Assembly (NCBI GenBank): GCA_963845565.1
Contig: CAWJSJ010000001.1
Location: 160,001 to 224,000, forward strand
Length of the DNA stretch: 64,000 bases
Direction: 5' to 3'
From: an uncultured Methylomirabilota bacterium
GTDB taxonomy: Bacteria > Methylomirabilota > Methylomirabilia > Methylomirabilales > 2-02-FULL-66-22
Shown: piece by piece, positions 1-9,874 of the stretch
Layout: each line of letters opens with the position of its first letter
How positions within the stretch are numbered: the first letter of the stretch is position 1
Position numbers and translations under genes: made by a program
Notes under the pieces: model-generated
What the model was told of the DNA's origin: nothing
The model's input: only the letters and a program-made list of their open reading frames with translations
The model's database searches: none

Positions 1-1
1 C

Positions 2-1429
2 GAAATGGGCCACCGCCTGCTCGTATTCCTCCATGTGCATGAGCGCCGCCCCCAATTCGATGGCGTGCTCGAAATCGCTTCGGCCGGCCGGCGCGCCCCG
101 GCCGGACCCGGGCGCCTTGGCCTGTGCCAACAGGAAATCCGCCTGGAGTGCAAACGCCAATTCTTGGGTGGTCGCCGCCTTGGCGCAGGCCCGGAAGAGA
201 TGCCCCTTGATCCCCTTGAGGAACAAGAGTTCCTGGAACTGCGGATGATCCATGTCGCCGGCGATCCGTACCAGCAGGTCGCCCATCAGGCGGTTCATCT
301 GGAGCACACGCGTCCGTTCCCGGTCGGGGTAGCCGGTGCGACCCTCCCCCTCCGGCGAGAGGTAGCGATCCGTGGGCGTGAAAAGGGTATGGTTGAGAGC
401 GCTCGGGCTGACGGATAGGAAGCGGTAGAGGCCGGCGCGTTCCCGGTCGGTGGTCCGAAACCTCCAGCGGGCCTCAAGGTATCCCGGCACGTCGCTGGCG
501 AGATGGGCCGCCGCGAACTGGGAACTGAGAAAACGAAACTTGTTCGGTCCCTCCAGGCACTGGCGGGCCAGGGACAGGAACAGCGCCAGGTCGGCACGGA
601 GACTGTACCGGTCATTCTTCCAGCGAGGTTGTCCACCCGCTTCGGCCACCGCCACATTCTCTCGCAGAAGATCCTGGATCACTTCGCGCACGTCGGCGAG
701 CGGCTCCCGCACCTCTTTGGTGAGAGCCTCCAGGTTGCGCGGGATCATGTCCAGCATGGTGAGAAACAGTTTATCCCGGAGGTGCGTATCGATCAGTCGC
801 TTGCCGTCCAGGGCCGGGTCGAGCCGCTTGATCTCCCGGGCGACCACGCGCGAGACCAGTTCGCCGTGGGATGCCAGGACGGCGAATCCGGTCGGCTTGC
901 GCCCGGTCATGATCATCTGCACCCAGTACATCTGCCCTTCGTGAAACGCAAGGAAGCGGGGGCCCGCATCGGTGCGAATGCGGGATTTGATGGCGGGTTC
1001 CACCACCTCGGGAGGGCCGATCAGGCGCGCCCGACGCAGGAGCGCGAGAAGTTTCTCGGGAGCAAAGACGTGGAATTCGCCCTTGCCCTTCTCCTCCATG
1101 CTCGCGTACCATTCGCGCGCGGGGCGGCTGAGCCCGGACAGCGCCAGGAACAGGCCGACCAGACGCCGGTCCTTCTTCTTCCCCTGGGTGTAGGCGGCCA
1201 GGAAACGCTTGAGTTCGTCCGGGCCGACCTCCCGCGGAAGTGCCCGCGCCTTACAGAGAATGGCGGCCTGGGTCGCGCGATGTTTGGCCTTGATCTCGAG
1301 ATCGGTTCCGGCGCTGGAGATCCGCACGCGAAAATCGTCGTAACCAAGTTCATCCAGCAAGCGCTTGACGATTTGATTCAGAAGTCGGCCCTTATCCTTG
1401 GCGGACTCTGCAAGCACCTTGATTGTCAT
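2..1429 (-). CDS. Partial (3' end off-window) protein: degenerate Mrr-like PD-(D/E)xK N-terminal domain, unassigned middle region, TPR-like segment at the window edge
   Basis: Manual translation gives a stop-free minus-strand frame from ATG 1429 (GGAGG upstream) to base 2: MTIKVLAESAKDKGRLLNQIVKRLLDELGYDDFRVRISSAGTDLEIKAKHRATQAAILCKARALPREVGPDELKRFL...GLFLALSGLS...ELGAALMHMEEYEQAVAHF. Plus-strand ORFs 5..418 and 503..1666 are its antisense shadow. Confidence 0.75.
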   Translation of the reverse strand, partial: MTIKVLAESAKDKGRLLNQIVKRLLDELGYDDFRVRISSAGTDLEIKAKHRATQAAILCKARALPREVGPDELKRFLAAYTQGKKKDRRLVGLFLALSGLSRPAREWYASMEEKGKGEFHVFAPEKLLALLRRARLIGPPEVVEPAIKSRIRTDAGPRFLAFHEGQMYWVQMIMTGRKPTGFAVLASHGELVSRVVAREIKRLDPALDGKRLIDTHLRDKLFLTMLDMIPRNLEALTKEVREPLADVREVIQDLLRENVAVAEAGGQPRWKNDRYSLRADLALFLSLARQCLEGPNKFRFLSSQFAAAHLASDVPGYLEARWRFRTTDRERAGLYRFLSVSPSALNHTLFTPTDRYLSPEGEGRTGYPDRERTRVLQMNRLMGDLLVRIAGDMDHPQFQELLFLKGIKGHLFRACAKAATTQELAFALQADFLLAQAKAPGSGRGAPAGRSDFEHAIELGAALMHMEEYEQAVAHF

Positions 1430-1889
1430 CTGGCCTCCGGCCGCCCCACGCGTCGCGCGTTCGCCATGCCGCCGTTGTCCCGTGCCCCGGCCGACGCACG
1501 CTTGCGTCGGGCCAACCCCTCATGGAGAATACCGTGCCGACTACGCCAAGACCGTCGCACGGCGCGGGACATTCCGTCCCGACGTCCCGCCACTTCGGAC
1601 GACAGAGAAAAGCCGTCGCCTCAGAGCGCCGAAGCCGTACGACTCGTTGTTCCTCAGAGTGTCTGACAAGACATCATGCGGCGTCGAAGCCGCGATACGA
1701 TTCACCAAGGCGGATGAAGATGGGCCCTTCTCAGGGGGGAGAAAATAGGCTAATCTGAAATTGATCGACGTCAAAGCTCCCATTTTTACAGCTTTAGTAG
1801 CATACCAACTGGTGGAGCGTCAAGGGGCAACTGGCCAAATCTGCCGAAAAGTCTCATAAAGGCAGTTCGTTCGTAAAAACCTGGTATCG

Positions 1890-1995
1890 TTGACACCCTG
1901 CCAACAGAATGATGATATTGATAAATATTGTTTCACTAATATTGCTAATTATATGTTTTTAAATGTTATATTAATTATCTAACATAGTAATTCTC
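1890..1995 (+). promoter_or_regulatory. Sigma70-like promoter followed by a strongly AT-rich tract
   Basis: TTGACA at 1890-1895, TGATATT about 17-18 bp downstream, then about 80 nt almost entirely A/T in a GC-rich window. Confidence 0.45.
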
Positions 1996-2254
1996 AAGCA
2001 GGTGAGAATGTGGACAGAAATAGAGATGACGACGGATAGCATCCGAGTGAAGGGCGGTGGAGATCGGCGAGGGGAGGGAGGGCGCTTGGCAGGGATGATC
2101 CAAGCGTGACATCGGCACTGGCGGGGATGCGCACCGTGCGCGATGAGGTCGTGGATTCGGCAGTCAGGATCCGGCGTCTTGAGGGGCGATGCCATCCATC
2201 CCGCATTCCGACGCGGCCGAGGTCTTTCGTTCTGGGCTACAACGGGGATTCGCC

Positions 2255-2943
2255 ATGAAGATTCGACTCAGGCTTTTTGCGTCCGTCAGAGAAATCGTGG
2301 GGGACCGTGAGTTGGTGTTGGAGGTCCCGCAGGGTATCAAGGCCGCAGCCCTGCTGGAACTCCTGGTATCACGGTATCCACGGCTACAGGGACTGGTTCC
2401 TTGCTTGAAAATCGCCGTGAACCAAGAGTACGTGGAGGGTGGGCATGTCTTGGCAGAGGGGGACGAAGTGGCCCTGATTCCTCCGGTGAGTGGCGGGGTG
2501 GACCGCTACGAGGTTGCCGAGACCCCGTTGTCCCTGGACGCACTATGTGCGGCGATAGGGCAGCCTGCGGCCGGCGCCATCGCCAGCTTTTTGGGTATCG
2601 TCCGGGGCGTGTCGCGTGGGCGGCAGGTGATTATTTGGAGTACGACGCGTACCCCGAGATGGCCGTGGCCAAGATGCGACAGATCGGCGAGGAACTCCGT
2701 GACAGGTGGCCGGTGGATCAGGTGGCCATCGTGCATCGGGTGGGGCGTCTCGGCGTCGGGGAGGCGAGCGTGGCGATCGCGATCAGTTCGCCCCACCGGC
2801 ACGAGGCGCTCGCGGCGTGTGCCTACGCCATCGAGCGCCTCAAGGAAGTCGTGCCCATCTGGAAAAAGGAAGTCTGGACCGACGGGGCCGAATGGATCGG
2901 CTCGACCGTGGACGAGTATCGGGAGCTGAGGGACGCTCCGTGA
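2255..2943 (+). CDS. moaD-moaE: MoaD-MoaE fusion molybdopterin synthase (MoaX-like), one frameshift near 2630
   Basis: MKIRLRLFASVREIVG...EVALIPPVSGG (MoaD/ThiS) runs in frame into MoaE (GAIASFLGIVR). The second frame carries YLEYDAYPEMA...HRVGRLGVGE...SSPHR...LKEVVPIWKKE. Confidence 0.9.
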
Positions 2944-2979
2944 CCGCTCCGGAGGGTCCCTACTTCGACCGCGCCGGGG

Positions 2980-3036
2980 TTAGGAGCCGTTACGAAATAA
3001 CCTATACATCTCTTTCTATTTCGTTACGGCTCCTTA
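2980..3036. repeat. 51-bp MITE-like inverted repeat flanked by TTA direct repeats; could double as a bidirectional terminator
   Basis: TTA-GGAGCCGTTACGAAATA (2983-2999)...TATTTCGTTACGGCTCC (3017-3033)-TTA; 17-bp arms with one mismatch, between convergent genes. Confidence 0.6.
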
Positions 3037-3081
3037 TGCCGTTTCGGAATGTCTCCGCTCAACTTATTCTTTGACAACGGC

Positions 3082-5790
3082 TTACCGTGCGCGTTCCCGC
3101 AGAGCCTTCAGCGTCGCCTCCAGCCGCTTGATCTCGTCGCCGTACCCAGCGAAGTTTCCCTGCCGCAACTGGTCCTGAGCCCGTCCGTACTGCTGCAGCG
3201 CCTGATCGACCAGGCCGATCACATTGGTATCCCGCGCCGTCCCGGCCGCCTCGGGCGTCCCGGCGCGCGCCACCGGTTGGAGTTTCCCCCCGCCGAAGAG
3301 CTGTGCCAGCGATACCTCCAGGTTTTCTTCCATGGCGATCTGGTTCCCCATGGAGACGATGACCCGCTTGAGCTCCGGCAGCGAGCCCTTCTCGGCGGCC
3401 AGATAGAGGGGCTGGACGTAGAGCAGGGAGCGCTCGATGGGGATGGCCAGCATGCTTCCGCGGATGACCTGGGAGCCGCGCTGGCTCCACAGGCTGAGCT
3501 GCTGCGAGATGAACGCGTCCTGATCGATCCGGGCCTCGATCTGGCGCGGCCCGTAGATCAGCTTCTGCTTCGGGAAGTTGTAGGCGATGAGTTTGCCGTA
3601 GTGCGGGCCGTCGGAGCGGGCCGCCATCCAGGCGATCATGTTGTCCTTCTTGCTGGGATTGAAGGGGGACAGCAGGATGAACTCCTCGGTCTTTTCGCCG
3701 GGAAGGCGCATGATGGTGTAGTAGGACTCGATCTCGCGCTCTTGACCGTCCATCATGCGCCTCGGGATCGATCCAGAGGTCTTCCTTGTTGTAGAAGACC
3801 TGCGGGTCCTGCATGTGGTACGTGGCGAACATCCGGGCCTGGATGGCAAAGAGGCCCTGCGGGTAGCGGATGTGCGGCCGCAGATCGGCCGGCATGGCGG
3901 AAAGGGGCTGGAAGAGACCCCGGGAACGCCTTGGCGTACGTCTTGATCACCGGGTCGTCGGGCTCGCTCAGATAGAACGCGAGCGTGCCGTGGTAGGCAT
4001 CCACCACCGCCTTCACCGAGTTCCGGATGTAGTTGCCCATCCCTCGGACGGGCTCGGAGTACGGGAACTTGTTGCTGGTGGTGTAGCCGTCGATGATCCA
4101 GACCAGGCGTCCATCCTGCCTGATGACCAGGTAGGGGTCGCGGTCGAACTGGATGAAGGGGGCGGCCTTCTTAACCCGCTCCTCGATCTGGCGGTGGTAC
4201 ATCACCCGGCTCTCGCCGATGATGTCGTTGGACAGGAGGATCTTGACGTCCCCGAAGCGGGCGGCGAAGAGCAGTTTCCGGAACAACGACTGGATCGGCA
4301 CGCCCCCCGTGCCGACGTAGTTCGTGTACACATTCTTGTCGCCCGCGGGATAATCCAGTTCCTGCGCCCGGGTCTTCACGAAGACGTAGTCGTTGCTGAT
4401 CTCGCCGTAGTAGATCTCGGGCCGGGTGACCTTGATCGGCCGGAGGAGACGGGCGGGATGTCCTTGATCCAGAAGTCCGGGAGCCCTTCCGGGGTGATCC
4501 GGTTCACCGGGCCCAGCACGACGCCGTACCCGTGGGTGTACGTGAGCCGCTCGTTGATCCAGATCCGGCTCGGCAGGTTCTTGTAGGACAGCTCGCGCGG
4601 CGAGAGCATGACCTGGCGGAGCTCGCCGTCCACCATGTAGCGATCGTTGTCCACGTCCACGAACTGGTAGTAGGTCCGGATCTCCTGGAGCTGGCCGTAG
4701 GTCACCAGGAGGGGCCGGTGGTCCCAGAGCCGGATGTTCTTGATGGTCGCATCGTTCTTCCGCAGGTCCTCCATCCGCAACGTCTCTTCGGCAGGGAACT
4801 CCTCTTCCTTGATCCGGTCCAGCCCGTACGCCATCCGCGTGTACTTGATGTTCTGCTCGATGTACGGCCGCTCGGCAACCATCTCGTTGGGGACCACGCG
4901 AAAACGCTGCATGGCGTTGGGCAGCACCCCCAGCCCCAGCACGTTGGCCGCCAGCAGGACCCCCAGGGCGATGAGCACCGGCCGGATTCCCCGCCGGCCG
5001 AGCTGCCAGATGCAGAGCGCGGCGCAACCGAGGGCCAGCACCGCCAGGACGCGCAGGGCGGGGAGGTTCGCGTTGATATCGCTGAATCCGGCCCCGAACA
5101 CGATACCCGTCGGGGACAGGAGCAGGTGGTAGGTGTCGAGGTAGTAGCCGCCGGCCTTGACGATCAGCAGGAGCGCGCCGAGGGTGAGCAGGTGCGCGCG
5201 GGCGTAGCGGAGCTGCCGCGGGACCCCGCGGGGTGATCTGGATGCCGCGATGGAGCACGTAGGTGGCCGCCGCCAAGAGGAGGGAAATTGCCAGCGTAAC
5301 GAGCGACCAACTGTACAGCGTTTCCAGCAGCGGCAGCCGAAACACGTAAAAACCGATGTCGCGCCCGAAGAGGGGATCCTGGACGTTGAACGGCTGCCCG
5401 TTCAAGAAGCGGAGGACGGTTTCCCACTGGCCGGCGGCCTGCATGCCGGCCAGGATCCCGAGGATGAGTCGCCCCGGGGAGCAGGAATCGTCGGAACAGC
5501 GGCTCGATCACCAGGCGGCTGGGGAGCCCGAGAGGATCCTCGAGTTCCGTCAAGACGTCGTCGGTCCTGGGTCGTGCGGCCAGCCGCACGTTCAGATACA
5601 CGACCAGCGCGAAGATCAGGCCGCCGGCGACGCCCAGGGCGATCTTGTACCACAGGATGGTGGTGAAAACCGAAGGGAACTTGACCTCCTGGAACCAGAG
5701 ATAGTCCGTATACAGCGGCAGGGCCTGCCCCAGCAGGTTCAGGGCGAGAAAGCCCAGCACGATCGGACCGATGAGGTATCGGGGCAGCAT
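3082..5790 (-). CDS. UPF0182 family membrane protein, about 5 frameshifts (probably sequence errors)
   Basis: Family motifs spread over successive frames: [84 protein letters not shown]. Confidence 0.9.
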
Positions 5791-5829
5791 AGTACGCTCC
5801 TTGTTGAAGAGGAGGACGAGGGCTGAGGT

Positions 5830-5970
5830 CTTATAGCCCAGCCCGGAGAGCCTTGTCAATGTAAAGCGGCGGGGGGAACGACCCCGAAACCCCCGCGGGC
5901 CGCCGCATGACCGCCCGACGGCGCGTTTGCACAGAATTCTCTTGACCCACCCCATCCGCGTGAGTAGGCT
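5830..5970. promoter_or_regulatory. Divergent sigma70-type promoters
   Basis: Minus strand TTGACA-18-TATAAG toward UPF0182; plus strand TTGACC-17-TAGGCT (5942-5970) toward the MFP gene. Confidence 0.55.
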
Positions 5971-6015
5971 CCGGCATCGGTTGCGGACCACTGCGCTGGT
6001 TCCCCGCGGAAGGGT

Positions 6016-7323
6016 GTGAACGTGGGACGTTGGCGACGGACATGTGGCATTGTAGCGTGTGTGGCGCTCCTGGCCGGTCTGGGGTGCTCCCGGGAAAAGT
6101 CCAGCACCCGGGCTGCCAACGCGGCGCCGGGCGAGCGTAAGATCGCCGTGGCCGCGACTCAGGTCGAGGGGCAGGAGGTTCAACGGACAGTCCAGATCGT
6201 CGGGACGCTGATCGCACAGGAAGAGGTCACGCTCGGGACCGAAGTGCCATCGACGGTGGCCAAGATCCTAGTGGACATGGGTGATCGGGTCCAGGTGGGG
6301 CAAGTCGTCATTAAATTGGACGAGCGGGAGGCACGTCTGGAGGTGGAGCGATTGTCGGCCAGCCTCCAAGCCGCGCGGGAATCGCTCGGCCGATCTCAAC
6401 AGGTGCTGGAATCCGGCCGGGCCAACGTGGAGCGGTCGCAGGCCGTCCTGGCCGATGCCAGGATCAACCTCAAACGGTTCGAGGGACTCTTCGGAGAGGG
6501 GGCTATCTCGGCCAGCCAAAGGGACTCCGCCCAGACACAGTTCGACGTGGCGGTGGCCTCGCTCCGCGTCAGCGAAGCGCAGTACGAGAGCGATCGCGCC
6601 TCCGTGAAGAATGCCGAGGCGAGCGTCGTGCAGGCCACGGCGGCGCTGGACATTGCCCGAAAACGATTGCAGGATACGGATGTCGCGTCCCCCATCACCG
6701 GCGTCGTCCGCAAACGTCTGGTGAACGTGGGGGAGACGGTCAAGGAAAAAACCCCGCTGATGAGCCTCGTGGCGACCAACGCCTTGAAGCTGCAAGGGGA
6801 TGTCCCGGAGCGGTTCGCTCCCCAGATCAGCGTCGGCCGTGCGGTGCGCGTGGAAGTGGAGGCGTATCCGGACCAGACGCACCCCGGCACCATTACTCGG
6901 GTCAGTCCCGCGGTGGACGTGGAGAGCCGGAGTTTCCAGGTGGAAGCCTCCGTCCCGAATCCTAAGGGTCTCCTCAAACCCGGGTTCTTTGCCAAAGCCT
7001 CGATCCTGGTCGGCGCCGAGCGGAATGTCCCGTTTGTTCCCGAAGAGGCCGTGGCGAGCTTTGCGGGAATCGTGAAGGTGTACGCCATCGTCGACGGCAA
7101 GGCCGAGGAGCGTCGGGTGAAAACCGGAGTCCGGCGGGACGGCCGGGTGGAAATTCTGGATGGGGTGAAGGTGGGGGAGACGGTCGCCACCTCGAGCCTC
7201 GGCCAGCTCGCCACCGGCACGGCCGTGACGCTCGGGGCCGGGCCCCGCAACGGCGGCGGACCTGCCGTAGGCGAAAACGGCCGGCCGGGAGCATCACCCA
7301 AGAACACCCAGAAGTCATCCTAG
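6016..7323 (+). CDS. RND efflux periplasmic adaptor (membrane fusion protein), lipoprotein
   Basis: Lipobox LAGLGC, lipoyl motif VDMGDRVQVGQ, long coiled coil, SPITGVV, LKPGFFA, VEILDGVKVGETV. Confidence 0.9.
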   Translation: MNVGRWRRTCGIVACVALLAGLGCSREKSSTRAANAAPGERKIAVAATQVEGQEVQRTVQIVGTLIAQEEVTLGTEVPSTVAKILVDMGDRVQVGQVVIKLDEREARLEVERLSASLQAARESLGRSQQVLESGRANVERSQAVLADARINLKRFEGLFGEGAISASQRDSAQTQFDVAVASLRVSEAQYESDRASVKNAEASVVQATAALDIARKRLQDTDVASPITGVVRKRLVNVGETVKEKTPLMSLVATNALKLQGDVPERFAPQISVGRAVRVEVEAYPDQTHPGTITRVSPAVDVESRSFQVEASVPNPKGLLKPGFFAKASILVGAERNVPFVPEEAVASFAGIVKVYAIVDGKAEERRVKTGVRRDGRVEILDGVKVGETVATSSLGQLATGTAVTLGAGPRNGGGPAVGENGRPGASPKNTQKSS

Positions 7324-7520
7324 GGGCCATATCACCCGCTGCGCACACGACCGTGACGCCTCGTGTTTTCCATTCAACCCACTTCGTTCGGGACGCTTCC
7401 CGGGCATGCGGATCGCCTGCGAGCCGCCGTTCCTGCGCCACTTGACGGCGCGCTTCGAACCGCTTCGTTAAGGGGCCGCTCCCACGACACCCAAAGGAAA
7501 AACCCGAGAGGAGACAGGGC

Positions 7521-8726
7521 ATGGCATCTCCCGCGAGTCCGCTGCCGCTGGCGGGCGTCAAGGTTATCGAGCTGGGCCAGCTCATCGCCGGGCCTTTCGC
7601 CGGAAAGACGCTGGCTGATTTCGGGGCCGAGGTCGTCAAGATCGAGCCACCCGGGGAGGGGGATCCGCTGCGCAAGTGGCGGCTGCTGTACCAGGGGACC
7701 TCGGTCTGGTGGCAGGTCCAGTCCCGAAATAAGGAGTCCATCGTCCTGGACCTACGAAAGCCCGAGGGCCAAGAGATTGCCCGGCAGCTCATCCGGGACG
7801 CCGATGTCGTGATCGAGAATTTCCGCCCCGGCACTATGGAGAGCTGGGGGCTCGGCTGGGATGACCTGTCATCGGTGAACCCCGGCCTCATTATGCTGCG
7901 GATTTCCGGGTACGGCCAGACGGGACCCTACCGCGATCTTCCAGGATTCGGCGTGATCGGGGAGGCCATGGGTGGGCTGCGCCACATCACCGGCGAGCCG
8001 GATCGCGTGCCGGTTCGGGTGGGGGTGAGCATCGGGGACTCGCTGGCGTCGCTCCATGGGGTGATTGGAGTACTCATGGCTCTCTATCACCGCAAGGTGA
8101 ATGGGGGGAAGGGCCAGTACATCGACGTCGCCCTGTACGAGGCCGTGTTCAACATGCTGGAGAGCACGCTTCCGGAGTACGACGCCTTCGGCGTGATCCG
8201 GGAGCGCACCGGAAGCGCGCTGCCCGGCATCGCGCCCACCAGCGCTTACCTCTGCAGGAACGATCAGTATGTCTTGGTCGCCGGAAACGGCGACAGCATC
8301 TTCAAGCGATTGATGGAGGCCATCGGGCGGTCCGATTTGGCGACCGACCCCGACCTGGCGCATAATGAGGGCCGGGTGCGGCGGGTGGCCGAGTTGGACC
8401 GGGCCATCGGGGAATGGACCGCCGCTCGCAGCATCGAGGAGGTGCTGGACACCATGACCAAGGCCCGCGTGCCGGCGGGGCGGATCTATTCGGTCAAGGA
8501 CATCGTCGAGGATCCGCATTACGCGGCGCGCGGGATGGTGGAAGAGATCGTGACGCGGGACGGGCTCACCCTGAAGACGCCCGGTGTCGTGCCCAAGCTC
8601 TCCGAGACCCCGGGCTCCATCCGGATCACGGCGCCGCGATTGGGCGAGGACACCGAGGCGGTCCTGCAGCGACTGGGTTACACGGCGGCGCAGATCGCGG
8701 CGCTGCGCGCCGCCGGAGTCATCTGA
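7521..8726 (+). CDS. CaiB/BaiF (family III) CoA-transferase
   Basis: PLAGVKVIELGQLIAGP, LADFGAEVVKIEPPGEGD, RNKESIVLDL, ENFRPG, ISGYGQTGP, APRLGEDT. Confidence 0.93.
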   Translation: MASPASPLPLAGVKVIELGQLIAGPFAGKTLADFGAEVVKIEPPGEGDPLRKWRLLYQGTSVWWQVQSRNKESIVLDLRKPEGQEIARQLIRDADVVIENFRPGTMESWGLGWDDLSSVNPGLIMLRISGYGQTGPYRDLPGFGVIGEAMGGLRHITGEPDRVPVRVGVSIGDSLASLHGVIGVLMALYHRKVNGGKGQYIDVALYEAVFNMLESTLPEYDAFGVIRERTGSALPGIAPTSAYLCRNDQYVLVAGNGDSIFKRLMEAIGRSDLATDPDLAHNEGRVRRVAELDRAIGEWTAARSIEEVLDTMTKARVPAGRIYSVKDIVEDPHYAARGMVEEIVTRDGLTLKTPGVVPKLSETPGSIRITAPRLGEDTEAVLQRLGYTAAQIAALRAAGVI

Positions 8727-8778
8727 CCCCCTTTTCGGCCTCGCGCCATCGGCGGGGCGGAGCGACAGCGAGGACGCA

Positions 8779-9741
8779 ATGCGGCACGGCGAAGGCAGGC
8801 GAGTGCACGTGTACGAGGTGGCGCCGCGGGACGGATTCCAGATCGAGGCTGCGTTCATCCCGACCGATCGGAAGATCGCGCTCATCGATCAACTGAGTCG
8901 GACGGGCCTTGCCGGGATCGAAGCGACCTCCTTCACTTCGCCCAAGGCCATCCCCGCCCTGCGAGACGCCGAGGAAGTGATGCGAGGCATCCGTCGGGAA
9001 CCCGGCGTGGTCTACGCGGCGCTGGTGCCCAACCTGCGCGGCGCCGAGCGAGCGTTGGCGGTGGGCGTCGACGAAGTGAATCTCGTCATGTCGGTCAGCG
9101 AGACGCACAATCTCGCGAATCTTCGCATGACGCGGGACCAGTCGTTCGCGCAGTTGACCGAGACGATCCGCGCGGTGGGAGGTCGGGCCGTCGTCAACGC
9201 GTCGCTGTCCACCTGCTTCGGGTGCCCGATGGAAGGCGCCGTGGCGGTGGACGAGGTGTGGCGCTGGGCGGCGGGTTTACTGGAGGCGGGAGCGTCGGGC
9301 GTCACCCTCGCCGACACCACGGGGATGGCGCACCCGGTGCAGGTGGGTACGATGGTGGAGGCGTTCCGGACGCGCTGGCCGGCTGTCCGGTTGACGCTGC
9401 ACCTGCACAACACGCGGGGTCTGGGGCTGGCCAACGTGTTGGCGGCCCTGGAGGCGGGCGCCGACCGATTCGACGCGTCGCTGGGCGGTCTGGGCGGCTG
9501 CCCGTACGCGCCGGGGGCCACCGGGAATGTCTGCACCGAAGATCTTGTCCATATGCTGGAGGCCATGGGGTATCGGACGGGCGTGGACCTCGGTCGGCTG
9601 CTGGACAGCGCCCGGCTTTTACCGGGACTCGTCGGCCACGAGGTTCCGGGTCAGGTGGCGAAGGCGGGGCGGATCCAGGACCGCCATCCCGAGCCGGAGT
9701 GGTTGGCCGAGGTACGGGAGAAGGCTCAGGGGCGAACCTAG
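8779..9741 (+). CDS. Hydroxymethylglutaryl-CoA lyase-like DRE-TIM enzyme
   Basis: EVAPRDGFQ, LADTTGMA, HLHNTRG, GGLGGCPYAPGATGNV. Confidence 0.92.
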   Translation: MRHGEGRRVHVYEVAPRDGFQIEAAFIPTDRKIALIDQLSRTGLAGIEATSFTSPKAIPALRDAEEVMRGIRREPGVVYAALVPNLRGAERALAVGVDEVNLVMSVSETHNLANLRMTRDQSFAQLTETIRAVGGRAVVNASLSTCFGCPMEGAVAVDEVWRWAAGLLEAGASGVTLADTTGMAHPVQVGTMVEAFRTRWPAVRLTLHLHNTRGLGLANVLAALEAGADRFDASLGGLGGCPYAPGATGNVCTEDLVHMLEAMGYRTGVDLGRLLDSARLLPGLVGHEVPGQVAKAGRIQDRHPEPEWLAEVREKAQGRT

Positions 9742-9874
9742 GGGTTCCGTTTCCAGGTTTCCGCTTGACAGGCAATCCACCTCCGGGGTATCTCCGAGCG
9801 CGGCATTCCGGCGTTTCTGTCATGAGGAGCGGTTCACTGGGAAAGCAATTGCTGTCCGAAGGAGGGATCGAGCG

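Noticed and set aside
503..1666. Long plus-strand ORF, and similar long antisense ORFs (e.g. 13603..16191, 26718..28790, 50254..51948, 53658..55328)
   Set aside because: Antisense shadows of real genes, expected in high-GC DNA; no recognisable motifs.
1745..1800. c-di-GMP riboswitch-like words (GAAA...GACGTCAAAGC)
   Set aside because: The required paired stems could not be built by eye; an Rfam scan would be needed.
1890..2000. Replication origin (DNA unwinding element)
   Set aside because: No DnaA boxes seen and no dnaA, dnaN or rep gene nearby.
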